Below, piece after piece: positions 36,537 through 48,900 of a stretch of 64,000 nucleotides of DNA. Below the pieces are notes generated by a model, which saw nothing but the letters and a program-made list of their open reading frames with translations, had not been told where the DNA came from and searched no databases. The position numbers and the translations under genes were made by a program. Each line of letters opens with the position of its first letter. The first letter of the stretch is position 1. Source of the DNA: Anaeramoeba ignava BMAN (lineage: Eukaryota > Protista > Anaeramoebae); the NCBI GenBank assembly GCA_028826165.1, contig JAPDFW010000127.1:85293-149292 (forward strand), written 5' to 3'.

Positions 36537-38282
36537 TTAATCTTTTTTTGAAAAATTTTCACAAAAATCAATCAATTTTTCACATTCATTTCTTTCTGCA
36601 ACTTTTAAAATTCTTCTAATATTGTTTTCATTAGCATTTCTAATAATTTCATCAATACAAAAATTATGTAGTTGATCTTTCGAATTAAGTCCATAATAAT
36701 CACTTGCGGTTAATAATTCTAAACATTGATCAAAAGAGATTTGACTTGCTTCCCCTGAATAAAGAAACATCAATAAACATTTCACAGTTTCCAAATCATA
36801 TCCACTTAGATCAGGTGCAATATCGGATGAATCTTTTGTTGAAAATTCAAATAAACCTTGATAAAGTGTTGTTCTGGCATACAAAATCTCTTTATGAACT
36901 GGCAAATACTTTCCCTTAATTTCAATCCTAAAATTCGCACTTTCTTCATCTAAAAAAATCTTTTTCAAATCCTTTCCTAATTTATCTGGATTGTATTCAC
37001 TTGAATCTTCAATGATATTGATTCCTAACTTTTCTGATAGTTCTATCAATTGTTCCATTTCTTCCATGGAAAGATTAGAAGGATCAAAAAATCCAAAGTA
37101 AATAAACCTCATCATATTTTCGAGAATTCTGAAAGGAAAAGTAGAAAAAATTTTTCTTAATTTTTCTAAAGAAATTTGATTTGGCAAACGTGCTTTTAAA
37201 ATTCCTTTATGAGCTCCTATTTTTAGATTCTCAAGTGAATCAAAAACAACATCTTGAAGTAATTCTGATTCAAGCAATTTCCTCATATCACTTTCTAATT
37301 CTGATTCTTGAAAAGAAAAACAATAGAGATCATTGAGATATTGAGTTTCATCAAATCCTCCAAAAAGAATCGTAATATCTTTTCCTGGAAGATACACAGT
37401 TGCTTGCCTTAATCTTGCGGATGGTTTTGGTTCAACAATTTCAATTTCTTTCCAAGTTTTCGAGAAAAAATCAAATTCAAAAAGATCTCCAAAAAACAAA
37501 TCTCTTTCTATTGAAAAACCTGAAGTAATAATCATTTTGCTTTTCCGAACAAAACAAGAATGACCAAAACGAGAATGAGGCCAAATCTGAGCTGATCTTG
37601 GTGAAAATTTTTCCCATCTTTGAGTTTTCAGATCCAAAATAAACAAAGAATCTGTTTCCATTTCATTTTCATTTTCAATTTCATTTTCGATTTCCATTGA
37701 ATTTGAACTAATTAATCCTCCAAAAACATAAAGTTTCTCCTGAAAAATAACAGCTGAATTTGAAGAAGATTTTGGAGCGAAACCTGAAGTTGTGATTTTA
37801 TTCCATTGATTTGTTTTGAAATTGAAATACACTAAATCATTTGAAAATCTCGGATGATCTTTCCAATAATCACCAACAACAATTAAGAAATCTTTATAAA
37901 CAACTGCTGAATGATCAACAAACTCTACTGGAGAATCTGGGAGTTTCTGATAGCAATTCATAATTGGATCAAAAACAAAAAAACTTGTTCCACATTTTGT
38001 TGAATTTTCACAAATTCCTCCCAAAATATAAATTTTGTTTTCATAAACATTCATTGAATGAGCTGAACGATTCTTTGGGATTATTCTTGTTTGAGGAACA
38101 ATAAATTCCCATTGATTTGAGCCAAAATTTAATCTGTGTAATGAATTCAATCTGTGATCAGAGCTTCTTCCTCCAAATAAAAATAATGTAGTTCCAATTA
38201 CAATCATTGAATGATTACTTCTTTTTTCTGGTTGTGAAATGAGATCTGTTTCAATTTTTTTGATTTTAACTTTTTGATTCAT
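36537..38282 (-). CDS. Kelch-repeat + tandem BTB/POZ protein (LZTR1-like Cullin-3 adaptor)
   Basis: Six Kelch repeats (RSNHSM..LFLFGG, RSAHSM..IYILGG, LYVFGG, RFGHS, ILFGG) followed by two BTB domains (AHKGILKAR, VHKEILYAR...FLYSG, AS DYYGL). Confidence 0.88.
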   Translation of the reverse strand: MNQKVKIKKIETDLISQPEKRSNHSMIVIGTTLFLFGGRSSDHRLNSLHRLNFGSNQWEFIVPQTRIIPKNRSAHSMNVYENKIYILGGICENSTKCGTSFFVFDPIMNCYQKLPDSPVEFVDHSAVVYKDFLIVVGDYWKDHPRFSNDLVYFNFKTNQWNKITTSGFAPKSSSNSAVIFQEKLYVFGGLISSNSMEIENEIENENEMETDSLFILDLKTQRWEKFSPRSAQIWPHSRFGHSCFVRKSKMIITSGFSIERDLFFGDLFEFDFFSKTWKEIEIVEPKPSARLRQATVYLPGKDITILFGGFDETQYLNDLYCFSFQESELESDMRKLLESELLQDVVFDSLENLKIGAHKGILKARLPNQISLEKLRKIFSTFPFRILENMMRFIYFGFFDPSNLSMEEMEQLIELSEKLGINIIEDSSEYNPDKLGKDLKKIFLDEESANFRIEIKGKYLPVHKEILYARTTLYQGLFEFSTKDSSDIAPDLSGYDLETVKCLLMFLYSGEASQISFDQCLELLTASDYYGLNSKDQLHNFCIDEIIRNANENNIRRILKVAERNECEKLIDFCENFSKKD

Positions 38283-38503
38283 TTTGAATTCCTTGTTTGT
38301 TTTTTCAATAAAACTTTTTAAAAAAAAAATATCAAAAAAAAAATGATCAGAAAGAAAAAAAAAAATTTTTATTTAAAAAAAGATCAGAAAGAAAAAAAAT
38401 TTTTTTTTTAAAAGAAAAATTAAAGGTTTTATTTTTGATTAATTGAAAGAAAAAAGAAAAGCGAAAAAGTAAAAAGATTTTCAAAATTTTTTCATTTTTT
38501 GTT

Positions 38504-40837
38504 TTAATTATTTGAATTATTTGAATTATTTGAATTATTTGAATTATTTGTGAATTCAAAAGGAGAAACTGGAATAAAAGAATGGTCTTCTTCAAAAGCA
38601 CTAACTATATCATTTGAGATTAAAAATGGATTTTTTTGATTTGGATTAGTTATGATAGATTTTTGAGGAATTTGTTGAATATTTTCATCCAATTCAGTTG
38701 GATCAAAGAAATTTCCAAGTGCAGCAAAAGCACTTTGAGAATCTTCTTGAATTTTTTCTTGTTCGTATGATTTAATTTCTGGCAATTTAAATTCTGTTTC
38801 TTGTTCTGTTTCTTTGATTGCAATTTCTGAAAATTTATAAAATAGTCTAAAAATGATTTCCCTTAAAATATGAGAAGAACATTTAAGAATATATTTATCC
38901 AAAACTAGTTTATCATTGTTTGTGTGACCTTTAACAAGATACAACTAAGAAAATAAAATTAAAATTAAAATTAAAATTAAATAAAATTAAAATTAAATAA
39001 AATTAAAATTAAAATTAAAATTAAAATTAAAATTAGAATTTAAATTAAAATTAATATTAAAATTAAAATTAAAATTAATATTAAAATTAAAATTAAAATT
39101 AAAATTAAAATTAAAATTAAAATTAAAATTAAAAATAAAAATAAAATTAAAATTAAAATTAAAATTAAAATTAAAAATAAAATTAAAATTAAAATTAAAA
39201 TTAAAATTAAAATTAATTTTCTTCTTATTTTTCTTATTTTACTTTTGTTGATTCATTTTCCCAAGAAAATAAAATTGGATCTTTTTCTGCTTGTGATAAT
39301 GTTACAAAATATGGATCAATTTGTAATAAACATCTTTTTTGAAATGAATCTTCTTCAATTTTTTCATTATCAATTAAAGAATCAATTTCAACTTCAAATG
39401 TAGCTTCTCCTCGATTTAAACATTTATTGATAATTCCATTTAATTCATCACCAACTTTTTATTTCCAAGAAATTTTAATTTTAATTTTGAATTTTAATAT
39501 TAATTTTATTTTAATTTTGATTTTTAAATTTAATTTTAATTTTAATTTTAATTTTAAATTTAATATTAATATTAATTTTATTTTAATTTTAATATTAATT
39601 TTAATTTTAATTTTAATTTTAATTTTAATTTTAATTTTAATTTTAATTTTAATTTTAATTTTAATTTTAATTTTAATTTTAATTTTAATTTTAATTTTAT
39701 ATTTTAATTTTTAATTTTAATATTCTGTTTTTTAACTTTCAAAAATTGGTGTTTAATTAAAGTTGAATAACTGTTTTCTTTTTTCCAATTTTAAAAATTT
39801 TAATTTTAATTTTAATTTTAATTTTAATTTTTAATTTTAATTTTAATTTTAATTTTAATTTTTAATTTTAATTTTAATTTTAATTTTAATTTTAATTTTA
39901 ATTTTAATTTTAATTTTAATTTTAATTTAATTTTAAATTTAATTTTATATTTAATTTTAAATTTAAATTAAAATTTCGATATTTATGAGAACATTTCAAA
40001 AAATTTTAATTATAATATAAAATTTAATTTTATTTTTAATTTTAAACTTTCAAAAATTGGTAATTTTGTTTGAGATGTAAGAAGTTGAATAACTGTTTTC
40101 TTTTTAAAATCCATATTTTACATCTAAAAATTTTAATTTTAATATTAATTTTAATTTTAATTTTAAATTTTAATTTTTAATTTTAATTTTAATTTTAATT
40201 TTAATTTTAATTTTAAATTTTAATTTTAATTATAATTTTAATTTTAATTTAAATTTTAATTTTAATTTTAAATTTTAATTTTGATTTTAATTTTAATTTT
40301 AAATTTAATTTTGATTTTTAATTTTAATTTTAATTTTAATTTTATAAATGAATTTTAATTTTAATTTTAATTTTAATTTTAATTTTATAAATGAATTTTA
40401 ATTTTAATTTTAATTTTAATTTTAATTTTAATTTTAATTTTAATTTTAATTTTAATTTTGGTTTAATTTTAAATTTAATTTTAATTTTATAAATGAATTT
40501 TAATTTTAATTTTAAATTTTAATTATAAAATAAATTTAGAAACTACATTAAGATTTTCATTAAATGATTTAGAAAAAAGAATATGTTTTCCAGATATCAA
40601 AGTAACACCTAAACAATTTAAACGAAGAAATGATCTCAAAGTTGTGTCTTGAGACTGATTTAGTGAAAAAGTTTGAGATGGAATTTCCAATAAAGAAGGA
40701 CCTGATGAATCAATAATTATATCAACTACAAAATCTGCTGTTGATTTAACAAAATGACGAAGGATTGTTTGATTTAAATTATTTAAATTATTTCCAAATT
40801 GCGTTAAGAATGTTTCTGTTGTTTCTATTTGATTCAT
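38504..40837 (-). CDS. Hypothetical multi-exon protein (possible PH-like C-terminal domain)
   Basis: Coding-like blocks at 40837-40530, ~39470-39243 and ~38945-38504 are separated by repeat tracts. The middle exon structure is not resolved. Confidence 0.5.
39470..40520. repeat. (TTTTAA)n tracts with short embedded coding-like fragments
   Basis: Read directly. Confidence 0.8.
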
Positions 40838-41140
40838 TTATAAAAGAAAACAATTTCAATTTTTAAAAAAAAAAAAGAATTAGAAAAAAAAATGAATTTT
40901 ATTTTTATTTTTATTTTTATTTATTTTTTTTTTGCTTTTTAATAATATTTTATAAAAATTAGTAATAATAATAAAAAAATTACTAAAAAAAAAATTTTAA
41001 TTAAAAAAAAAATGATTCATCAAAAATAGTTGGAAAATAATCTCTCATTAATTCAATCAAAAATTAATAACAAAAAAAAATTTTTTATTTTTCACTTTTT
41101 TTATCCCATTTTTTTTCTTTTTAAAATTATTAATAAAATT

Positions 41141-42376
41141 ATGTCTAAAATAGAATCCGATTCTTGGTTAGAACTTACAACTGATATTTCTGATTCTGGA
41201 ATTGAAAATCAAAAAGAAAATCAAATTAAAAATGAAAATGAAATTAAAAATGAAAATGAATTTGAAAATGAAAATGAAAATGAAATTAAAATTGAAACTG
41301 AAAATGAAATTAAAACCCAAAATCAAAATGAAAATAAAAAAGATCTCAAAAAAGAAGATCAATTTTCTGAAAATTTCCAAATTACTGTTTTGGAAAATCA
41401 ACAAAAAAATTCTTTTTCAGAAACAGAAAATGTTTTTTTAAGAGGTCCTTTAATGAATTCTACAGAATCATCTGAACCAGAAGAATCAGAACAAGAAAAA
41501 GAAGTTGCAGTTGATTTTTATGATATCCATTCAAGTAGTAAATTTAATCCTGGTCAAATAGGTTATATGGGTGTTTCTATTGGTTCAATTATTATTGCTT
41601 CTGCAAATTTTGGACTTTCTCAAGAAGCTTGTAATAATTTTCAAAAATCAAAATCAATATCAATATAAATATAAATATAAATATTAATCTAAAAATTGTG
41701 TTCTTTTTTTAGCTCAACAAATTAAATGGTTATTATTTTTACCTTCAGCTTTAATTCTTATTGCTGCTTCACTTGATCTTTGGACAGGTAGAATAGTTGA
41801 AGCAACTTTATTTTTGGTTTAAAATTATAAAAAAAAATTTTCCTCAATTCCACATTTTTTTTAATAATTTTAATTTTTCAAAAAAAAAAATAGTTATATT
41901 CGATTTTATGGTTTGGTTTATCAATTACTTGGTCAACAGAACTATGGAATTTAGCATCTCAACTTAAAGGAGGAATAATGAGAGTTCTTTCAGCTTATCT
42001 TATTGGATTTTTATTTTTTTCTTGTATTTTCATGTTATTCTCAATGCAACTTCGAAAAGTAGTTTTTTGGACAATTTTTTCACTTAATTTATCAGTGTTT
42101 TTTCTTATTTTAAGACTTATGCACGGTTATTCAGGTGCTTTAGTTGGAATTCCTTTTATTATGGTTGCTCTTCTTAGCTTTTATACTTCAATGAATTTTT
42201 CTCTCAATGGATTACTTGGTTCTGAAGTTTTTTCAATGGGTTCTCCAATGATTGAATGGAAAGTTGTTCTTCAAAAATTAGTTAAATCTTATGAATCAAA
42301 TTTGAAAAATTTTCTTTTTGAAATGAAAAGAAAAATTTTAAAAATTGGAACAAAAATGGAAAATTTTTGTTTTTGA
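41141..42376 (+). CDS. GPR1/FUN34/YaaH (SatP/Ady2) family acetate/succinate channel, 3 exons (41141-41630, 41713-41816, 41894-42376)
   Basis: Acidic low-complexity N-terminus, then FNPGQIGYMG (variant of the NPAPLGL signature), GRIVEATLFLLYSILW (cf. GNTFGxTAFxxYGxFW), six TM helices and the ending LNGLLGSEVFSMG (cf. LNxxxGRxVLPIG). The introns keep the frame. Confidence 0.7.
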
Positions 42377-42940
42377 AAAGTAAAAAAATTTAAAAAATCA
42401 TTAAAAGAAAAAAAATTTGAATAAAAAATTTAATTTTAAATAATTTCAAACAATTTTGAATATTTTTGTTTTAAATTTTTAATTAAAAAAACTTTTTAAA
42501 ACAAAAATTAATTAAATTAAAAATTATTGGAAAAAGAAAAGAAACAACAAATGGAAAAATGGAAAAATTTTTTTAAATTCTGAATAAATGAATCTATTTT
42601 TGAATTTTCAAATTGTTTTTAATTGATAAATTTAAAAAGAAAATAAATTGAAAAATAATTGTTTTTAATTTTTCAAATCAAATATTTAAATCAAATTAAA
42701 TTAAATTTATCTAAAATAAAAACTTTTTTTTAAAAACAAATCAAAAAAATTTTTCATTTTTTTTCCAATTTTCTAATCATTATTTAGTAAGGATTTTATA
42801 TAAAATCAAAAAAGAGAAAAAGAAAAGAAACAACAAATCAAACAAAATTTTTTATTGAAAGGAAAATTTAATTTTTCATAAATATTGTTCAATTTGATTT
42901 TTCAATTTATTTTTAGAATTAAAAACTAAATTATAATTTA

Positions 42941-45900
42941 ATGGAGCAATTAACACTTGAGAAATATTCAAACCAATTAGGTAATTATTTCTTTATTTTC
43001 CTTTTTTAATCCAAATCAAATCAAATCAAATCAAATCAAATTAAATCAAATCAAATTAAATCAAATATAAATCAAATCAAATCAAATCAAATTAAATCAA
43101 ATCAAATCAAATCAAATCAAATCAAATTAAATCAAATCAAATCAAATCAAATCAAATATTTAAATTAAATCAAATCAAATATAAATTAAATCAAATCAAA
43201 TCTAATTCAAATACAAATCAAATTAAATATTTAAATCAAATCAAATTAAATCAAATTAAATCAAATCAAATCAAATTAAATCAAATCAAAATTAAATCAA
43301 ATCAAATTAAATCAAATCAAATATAAATTAAATATAAATCAAATATAAATCAAATTAAATCAAATCAAATCAAATCAAATCAAATCAAATCAAATCAAAT
43401 CAAATCAAATTAAATCAAATTAAATCAAATTAAATCAAATCAAATCAAATATAAATTAAATTAAATATTTAAATCAAATCAAATCAAATCAAATATAAAT
43501 CAAATCAAATATTTAAATCAAATCAAATTAAATCAAATACAAATCAAATCAAATATTTAAATTAAATACAAATCAAATTTAAATTAAAATAAAATTAAAT
43601 TAAATATAAATTAAATAAAATTAAATTAAATCAAATCCAAATCAAATCAAATCAAATCAAATCAAATCAAATCAAATCAAATCAAATCAAATCAAATTAA
43701 ATTAAATCAAATATAAATCAAATCAAATATTTAAATTAAATCAAATCAAATATAAATTAAATATTTAAATCAAATATAAATCAAATTAAATTAAATATTA
43801 ATCAAATCAAATATAAATCAAATCAAATCAAATCAAATTAAATCAAATATAAATCAAATTAAATCAAATCAAATCAAATCAAATCTTTAAATTAAATTAA
43901 ATATAAATTAAATCAAATATTTAAATCAATTCAAATCAAATTTAATTTTAATTTTAGGAGCAACAAATAAAATTCAGCGTATATTAATTGCAACAAATGG
44001 AATTGCAGCAGTAAAAGTAATACATTCAATCAAACAATGGTGCTACGAAACATTTGGAAATGAAAACTTAATGCAATTTGTAGTAATGGCAACACCAGAA
44101 GATATCAAAGCAAACGCAGAATACATTCGACTTTCAAACCGATTTGTTGAAGTAAAAGATGGACCAAGTTATTATAATTATGGAAATGTAGATTTAATTG
44201 TTGATATTGCAGAACAAACAAAAGTACATGCAGTTTTCCCAGGATGGGGTCACGCATCAGAAAATCCAAAACTTCCACTTGCACTTTCCAAATCTGAACC
44301 AGGAATTTCATTTATTGGACCAACACATTTTGCAATGAGCGCAATGGGAGACAAAATATATTCAACATTGATTGCACAGGGTCAAGGTATCCCAACTGTA
44401 CCATGGAGTGGAGGTGATTTTGAGATTAAAAATATTGACGAGAATGGGATAGATATCTATCAGCAATTGTACACAAAATCATGCGTTCAAAATATTGATG
44501 AATCCATTGAAATATCACGAAAAATTGGGTTTCCTGTGATGATTAAAGCATGCTCTAGTGGAGGAGGCAAAGGAATACGCAAAGCAAATAATGAAGAGGA
44601 GCTTGTTCGTGCGTATGCACAGGTGAGATATGAAGTTCCTGGATCTTCCATTTTGATCATGAAATTTGTCAATAAATGTAGACACATTGAAGTTCAAATT
44701 GTTGGTGATAAATATGGAAATATTATTACTTTATCAGGACGTGATTGTACAACACAAAGACGCCATCAAAAAATTGTGGAAGAAGGTCCTCCATCAATTC
44801 CTCGTGATGTTATGATTCAAATGGAATCTTGTTCGAAACGTCTTGCAAGAGCTGCTGGTTATACAAGTGTTGGAACTGTTGAATTTCTTTATCTCCCAGA
44901 TAGTGATCTTTTTTATTTTCTTGAGTTTAATCCAAGACTCCAAGTTGAGCATACTGTTACTGAGGTTATTACTCAAACAAATCTTCCTGCTTTACAATTA
45001 CAAATTGCAATGGGTATTCCATTGTTTCGAATTCCTATGATTCGGAAAATATTTAATCTTGGGAAAAAATTGAAAGAAGATTTCAATGAAAATGAAAATC
45101 AAAATCAATTCGAAAATGAAATTGAAGAAGATAATCCCTTCCAAAAAAATCTTTTCCAAAATAAAAATTTACCTAAACTAAAAGGTCATGCAATTGCAGT
45201 CAGAATCACATCAGAAAATCCAGAAAAAGGATTTGAACCAACAAATGGATCAGTAGAAGAATTGACATTCAGATCAATATCTGGAGTATGGGGATATTTC
45301 TCTATTCTCCCACTTGGAGCAGTTCATAAATTTTCGGATACACAAATTGGACATGTATTTTCATGGGGAAAAACAAGAGCGCACGCAAGAAAAAAGATGA
45401 TTGTAGCACTCAAACAACTTTCTATTCGCGGAGAAATTCGCACACCTGTTGGATATTTGATTCAGCTTCTGGAAAATGAACTTTTCAAAAAGAATCACAT
45501 TCACACTCAATGGGTTGATGCACTTCTTCCAAGTGAAACAAACAACTCAAAATCAGATCCATTGACACCAGTGGTTTGTGTGGGAGTATATAAGGCACAA
45601 AAAATGTATCAATTACGAAAAACAAGATTTATCGAGTTTCTCGAGCGCAGACAGATGCCGCAGAAGGAATTATTCGAAAGAGAATATGATGTATCGTTGA
45701 TTCACGAAAATATGAAATATGATTTGGAAGTTGAGTTTGTTAGTGAAATTTTAGCTGTTGTCAAATTAAGGAATAATAAAACTTTGCAAGCAAACACACT
45801 CGAAGTCGAGATGAAGGATCTTTCAGATCATGGACTTATTTTATTATTTAGCGGGAAGAGTCATATTTGTTATGTTCAAGAAAACGAAGCAGGAACAGCT

Positions 45901-48900
45901 CTAAGTATTGATAACACTTCTTGGTTCTTCCCAAATGCCCAAGACCCTTCTATCATCACAGCTCCTTTCCCAGGAAAGCTTGTGAGAATTGTCGTTGGAA
46001 ATGGTGAAAATGTTGAAAAAGGAAATGTTGTTGCTGAAATGGAGACAATGAAGATGATCCTTCCTGTCTTCACTAGAGCAAAAGGAACCATTATATTTGT
46101 CAAAGAAGAGGGAGCCATACTTGCTACTGGTGATATCATTGCTTCTCTTAAATTACCCAATTTGGTTCGTCGTGAATCCCTTGAGACATTTCAAGGAACA
46201 TTTCCAAATACTTCAAAACCCCGCATTTACGGAAATAAAATACATCAATCACTTCAGCAATCACTTGAGCGACTCCGCAATATTATGGCAGGTTTCTCAG
46301 CCTCAAAAGAAGTCATTTTTGATGCGCTTTCAATAATAGAAAAAGCTTTTAAAGATGAAACGCTTCCTCTTCTTGAATTCAAAGAAATTCTTTCCAATAT
46401 TACTGAACGAATACCTCTTAAACTAGAGAACCAGTTTGTTTCATTTGAGAAGAATATTCGTGATCGTTTGTTCACAACACAGAATTCTCACATGGATAAT
46501 TCTTTCCAGTACTATCCATGTGGAGAGTCAATTATGGATATTATTGACAGCTATTTAAATTCAATTAAAGATTCAAAAGAAAGAAGATATTTATCTGAAA
46601 TTGTCCAAGATTTATCTGATTTCGCAGATAAATACAAGAATGGTCTTCGTGGCTCATATTGTTCCACTCTTCAATGGTTTCTTGATCAATATTATGACAT
46701 AGAAAGACATTTCCAAGGCGATGAAGATGATCTAATGGTTCTCGAAAGATTGTTCCACTTTTTTGGTAAAAATAAATTTGAACAGATTTATCGTATTTTG
46801 TTTTCTCATTATTCAATTCGTGACAAGAATTCCCTTATCCTTGAAATACTCGCGATTATTTCCCGTGAAAATGATGTTATTGCTTCGCTTTCTTCAAGTC
46901 TTCAAAATCTTTGTTTGCTTCAAAATATGGTCAACTTGCCAGTTTCATTACGGGCAAAACAAATATTAAATCAATATCAAAATAATGAAAGTAACATTGA
47001 TTTGGAATCGATGAAGAAAATGATTTTCCAGAAAGTCCAAGAATATCAACTTACTGAGGATTTGTCTCCTCAAGACGGAAACAAGATCAAAAGTCGTCTT
47101 TATGAGTTGATAAATAAGTTTCTTCCTCTTGTTACAGAGTTAGATATTGTTGAGAAAATTACATCAAGTCTCATTTCTTGTGGTCATTATTCTCATGATC
47201 ATCAAATTCTTGAAATTAACAAAAAGAGGAAAGATCCTTATTTATTAGTTTGTTGGGATTTTTATCGTTTACATCAAAATTTAAATTCAAATATAAATTC
47301 AAATCCAAATTTAGATTTAAATTCAAATTTAAATTCAAATATAAATTCAAATTTAAATTCAAATATAAATTCAAATCCAAATCCAAATACAAATTCAAAT
47401 ATAAATTTAAATTCAAATATAGATTTAAATTCAAATTCAAATATAAATTCAAATTCAAATTCAAATATAAATTCAAATTCAAATTCAAATATAAATTCAA
47501 ATTCAAATTTAAATTCAAATCCAAATCCAAATCCAAATTCAAATTCAAATCCAAATCAAAACAAAATTATTCATCTTGGAATGGTTTCTTTTCTTCAAAC
47601 TCCACATAATTTAACAAGTTATCATTTCGAACAAATTTTGGCAAATTTCCAACCAAAATTAAATCTAAACAAAGGAATCCATTCAAAACCAGGAAACACG
47701 ATAATGATAATCACAACAACATCACAAAAAAATCAAAATCAATTGCATTTCCCAACATTTGATGAAAATCAAGCACAAATATATCAATCAATGGTGAAAC
47801 AATTCTACAATAAACTTATCCAATTGAAAATCAAATCAATCACATTTCTTGTAATTCAAAATGGATTAGAAAGCCCTGGATTCTATACATTCACATCCAA
47901 AATGGATTTTGCAGAAGATAAAACAATTAGACATGTTTATCCACTTTTTGCTAATGATCTTGAATTGCCTCGGTTATCATCTTACAATGTTACTCCTCTT
48001 CATATGAACTGCGCTCATATCCATCTTTATCACGGAGAGTTTTCCTATTCAAAAAACCAAACTCAACCTTCTCGTTTATTTATTCGTTCTGTTCTTCCAA
48101 TTGTCCAACATTTCCAAAACGATCTTCTTCATAGTTTCCATGAAATCATCAAAAAACTCGAGATTCTGCAGTTGAATTCTGTTTTTCGGAAATCAGATTT
48201 TCTTCATATTTTCATTAATATTCTTCCTCTTCTTTCAATTCTTGATGAAAAAGAAACTCAAAAAAATACTTCTGCATTTCTCAAAAAAGTTATTTCTGAA
48301 ATATCTTCCAAAATATCTGCTCAACTTTATAAACTCAAAGTTATTGAAATTGAAATTTATGTGAATATTAGAAATAACGACACATCCAATTCAGAAATAA
48401 CATCACAATCTGAGAAAAATCACTCTGATAAATGCAACCCTCTTGAATCGTCTAGATATAGAATTTTTATTAGTATTTTCTCTCCTTTTAGTCAAGATAT
48501 TGAGGTTTATTCAGAACAAATTTTTGATGGTCAAAAAATATTGAAATGGATTGATGGAACATCACAACATCCAGGTCAATATCATGATAAACCATCACAA
48601 GATCCTTATGGAGAAATCACTCCTATTCAACGCAAACGTGCATTTGCTAAAAAAGCAGGAACAACATATATTTATGATTTCTTGAAATTGTTTCAATGCA
48701 CAATTGAGAAAATTTGGAATGAATTTGTTTTGGTTCATCATTTATCAATAGATTCAATACCAAAAATATTACTTGAATATGAGGAATTTGTTTTACAAGA
48801 GTCTATATTGCCAAATAAAGAGAAAAAATATGACTTAAATTTAATTAAACGTTCTGATGGAAATAATAAAATTGGAATGGTTGCATGGAAAGTGAAAATA

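Noticed and set aside
43010-43940. (AAATC)n or (CAAAAT)n arrays as interstitial telomeric repeats
   Set aside because: The units are degenerate, lack the G-run typical of telomeres, and differ between loci like the other intron repeats.
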